Below are positions 32,604-35,131 of a stretch of 35,131 nt of DNA, one piece after another. How positions within the stretch are numbered: position 1 is the first letter of the stretch; every line of letters begins with the position of its first letter. The notes beneath the pieces are model-generated. The model ran no database searches. It was given only the letters and a program-made list of their open reading frames with translations, and was not told the DNA's origin. The stretch covers positions 1 through 35,131 of the IMG/VR virus record IMGVR_UViG_3300017766_004089. One strand, written 5' to 3'. The position numbers and the translations under genes are program-made. This DNA comes from a virus. Its lineage: Duplodnaviria > Caudoviricetes.

Positions 32604-34076
32604 ATGAAACTCAAACAACTGATGCTTGCACCTGTTGCTCTGGGGATGGTTGCTCCTGTTGCTGCGAATGCGGCAGATCTTAATATGGCAGCAGTCAATC
32701 AATACTCCAGTGAACAGGTCACAAGCGTTTCGCAGTTTTCTGATGTAAAGCCCACTGACTGGGCATATCAGGCACTGAGCAACCTCGTAGAGCGTTATGG
32801 ATGCGTTGCTGGTTATCCTAACGGCACCTATGGTGGTGGCAAGGCAATGACTCGTTATGAGGCAGCAGCACTTCTGAATGCTTGTCTTGACCGCGTAACT
32901 GAAGTTACCGATGAACTCAAGCGTCTTCAGAACGAATTTGCTGCTGAACTCGCTGTTCTTCGTGGTCGTGTAGATAGTCTTGAAGCAAAGGTTGGTGAAC
33001 TTGAGGCAACTCAGTTCTCCACCACTACCAAACTGCGCGGTGAAGCAACCTTCGTTCTTGGTGGTGTTCCTGGTTATGATACCAAGAGTGATGTCAGCAC
33101 TCGTACAGCATTTAACTATGATGTTCGTCTGAACTTTGATACTTCATTCACTGGTAAGGACTTGCTCCGTACTCGTCTTCGTTCCTCTAACTTCAGTTCT
33201 GATCCGTTCGGTTCTTCTTCTTCCTTGTTCAAACTGGACAAGGCAGACAATACGGAATCGGATATCGGTGATAATGTAGTCATTGATCGTCTGTATTATT
33301 CATTCCCTGCACTGAATAATAAACTGACTCTTACTGCTGGTCCTCTGGTTCGTAACACAGAGATGGCATGGATTCCTTCAGCATACAAGTCTGAGATTCT
33401 TGACTTCTTTGCTGTTGCTGGTGCTCCTGGTGTCTATAACAAGGCAACTGGTGCTGGTTTCGGTGCTCTCTGGAGTCAAGGTAAGAAAGGCTTCGTTGCT
33501 GGTCTAAACTATGTTGCCCAGAAAGGTGATGATAGTGAAACTGGTGAGTTTGATGAAAGCAGTGGTCTGAACACTCTGGCACAAATCGGTTACCGTGGTA
33601 CTAACTGGGGCATCGGTGCTGGTTACCGTTATGGTACTGAAGGCAGCCGCGTTCGTATCTACAACGGTCTGAATGGCGCTTCTGGTTCTCTGGTTCCTGG
33701 ACAAACCTCTAATGGTTATGCAGTGAACGCATACTGGCAACCTAAGCAGTCTGGTATTGTTCCTTCTGTTTCCGTTGGTTATGGTTGGAACACTGTAAGT
33801 GGCACCAAGAGTGATGCTACTGACAGTCAGTCATGGATGGCAGGTCTCCAGTGGTCTGATGTATTTGCCAAGGGTAACTCTGCAGGTGTTGCTGTAGGTC
33901 AAGCACCCACTGGTGAAGATCTTGAGAAGGCAACGATGCTTGAAATTTTCTACAAGTATCAGGTGTCTGACAATATCAGCATCACTCCTGCTATCTTCTA
34001 TGCAAGTGATATCCAACGTCTGAATGATAATGCCTCCAAGTGGGGTGGTGTAATCCAGACCAAGTTTACTTTCTGA
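32604..34076 (+). CDS. cyanobacterial SLH-domain outer-membrane porin (SomA/OprB family)
   Basis: Signal peptide ending AANA; SLH SDVKPTDWAYQAL...TRYEAAALL; coiled coil; FSTTTKLRGE; terminal FTF beta-signal. Confidence 0.92.
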   Translation: MKLKQLMLAPVALGMVAPVAANAADLNMAAVNQYSSEQVTSVSQFSDVKPTDWAYQALSNLVERYGCVAGYPNGTYGGGKAMTRYEAAALLNACLDRVTEVTDELKRLQNEFAAELAVLRGRVDSLEAKVGELEATQFSTTTKLRGEATFVLGGVPGYDTKSDVSTRTAFNYDVRLNFDTSFTGKDLLRTRLRSSNFSSDPFGSSSSLFKLDKADNTESDIGDNVVIDRLYYSFPALNNKLTLTAGPLVRNTEMAWIPSAYKSEILDFFAVAGAPGVYNKATGAGFGALWSQGKKGFVAGLNYVAQKGDDSETGEFDESSGLNTLAQIGYRGTNWGIGAGYRYGTEGSRVRIYNGLNGASGSLVPGQTSNGYAVNAYWQPKQSGIVPSVSVGYGWNTVSGTKSDATDSQSWMAGLQWSDVFAKGNSAGVAVGQAPTGEDLEKATMLEIFYKYQVSDNISITPAIFYASDIQRLNDNASKWGGVIQTKFTF

Positions 34077-34098
34077 TAAATTGAAAGTATAATGAACT

Positions 34099-34123
34099 GG
34101 AGGGGATAAAACCCCTCCTTTTC
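34099..34123 (+). terminator. intrinsic terminator
   Basis: GGAGGGG-ataaaa-CCCCTCC-TTTT. Confidence 0.75.
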
Positions 34124-34124
34124 T

Positions 34125-34964
34125 ATGAGATCAGTTATTGATAATATGAAACAATCTATTTACGGATCTACTGGGTTTATTGGGAAAAGATATTCTGAGT
34201 TATATCAACAGAATATTGTTTCTCAAGATAGAACCCAAAGGAAGCCTATTACTGACGATATTGTTTATTTTATTTCAACAGTTCATAATTATAATGTTTT
34301 TGATAACATTACTTTAGATGTAAATACAAACTTAAATGTTTTGTGTGAAGTTTTAGATAATTGTAGGGATAGGGATATTACTTTTAATTTTATTAGTTCT
34401 TGGTTTGTTTATGGTAAAACTGAATTGCCTGCAAATGAAGAAATGTATTGCTTTCCGAAGGGGTTTTACTCAATCACTAAAAAAGCAGCAGAGGATCTTT
34501 TAATTTCTTTTTGTGAAACCTATCATAAAAATTATAGAATTATTCGTCTTTGTAATGTATTAGGAAGAGGTGATGAAAAAGTTTCTTCAAGTAAGAATGC
34601 ATTGACATATATGATAGAATGTCTAAAGAGAAATGAAGATGTCTATCTTTATGATGAAGGAACTCCCAAGAGAGATGTGATGCATTTAGATGATGTATGT
34701 AACGCAATAAATCTAATCTGCAATAAAGGAAATCTCAATGAGATTTATAATGTTGGTAGTGGATATCCAACAGAGATATCTGCTATTATTAACCTTGCTA
34801 AACAGTTTCTTGGATCTAACTCTAAAATTAAATATAAAGAAGCGTCAGAATTTTATCAAATCGTTCAGACAAAAGACTTTTGGATGGATAACTCTAAGTT
34901 AAAAAGACTTGGTTTTGAGCAAACTATCTCACTTGAAAAGATTGTTGAGGAATTATGTCAGTAG
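34125..34964 (+). CDS. NAD-dependent epimerase/dehydratase (extended SDR)
   Basis: GSTGFIG, FISSWFVYG, YSITK (YxxxK), RLCNVLG, RDVMHLDD, YNVGSG; start may be 34146. Confidence 0.85.
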   Translation: MRSVIDNMKQSIYGSTGFIGKRYSELYQQNIVSQDRTQRKPITDDIVYFISTVHNYNVFDNITLDVNTNLNVLCEVLDNCRDRDITFNFISSWFVYGKTELPANEEMYCFPKGFYSITKKAAEDLLISFCETYHKNYRIIRLCNVLGRGDEKVSSSKNALTYMIECLKRNEDVYLYDEGTPKRDVMHLDDVCNAINLICNKGNLNEIYNVGSGYPTEISAIINLAKQFLGSNSKIKYKEASEFYQIVQTKDFWMDNSKLKRLGFEQTISLEKIVEELCQ

Positions 34965-35131
34965 ATAATAAAGTTGAGAATTTTATCTCAAGTTTGATTG
35001 ATGATGGTGAAAAATTATTTCCATATATTCATAATAATAACTATGTAAAAGGTGAAAGTAATGTCTACTACTCTGGTCCTTATTGGGACAGGCGTGAAGT
35101 AGAATCTGCAATTAAAGCATTGCTTACTGGA
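34955..35131 (+). CDS. probable DegT/RfbH-family PLP-dependent sugar aminotransferase/dehydratase, 3'-truncated
   Basis: MSVDNKVENFISSL...NVYYSGPYWDRREVESAIKALLTG open to window end; SD GAGG; adjacent to the epimerase. Confidence 0.55.
   Translation, partial: MSVDNKVENFISSLIDDGEKLFPYIHNNNYVKGESNVYYSGPYWDRREVESAIKALLTG

Overview
A 35-kb segment of a large T4-like myophage genome, most consistent with a cyanophage (cobS, hsp20, mazG, cyanobacterial-type SLH porin). Almost all genes are on the + strand. Positions 1-12.7 kb hold the T4 core replication module: cobS, gp45, denV-like, gp44, a Dam-like MTase, gp62, regA, hsp20, gp43, uvsX, gp41 and mazG. At 13.2-20.5 kb are two tRNAs and a block of mostly late-promoter hypotheticals, including a ligase-motif protein paired with an HxGH nucleotidyltransferase. 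At 20.5-25 kb are gp61, nrdA and nrdB. The accessory region at 25-35 kb has cell-wall enzymes, a short minus-strand operon, nine more tRNAs, structured non-coding RNAs, a porin and nucleotide-sugar genes. The most striking signal is a complete -1 programmed ribosomal frameshift cassette at 28192-28274: an A_AAA_AAG slippery site, a 7-nt spacer and an H-type pseudoknot with 8-bp and 14-bp stems. It would fuse a C39-like peptidase to a GH24 lysozyme that has no start codon of its own. Other candidates are a ROSE-like RNA thermometer on hsp20, a ~200-nt multi-hairpin RNA inside the tRNA array, and covalent nucleotidyltransferase (ligase) motifs in a conserved hypothetical. All calls come from manual reading and motif recognition; no database searches were run.
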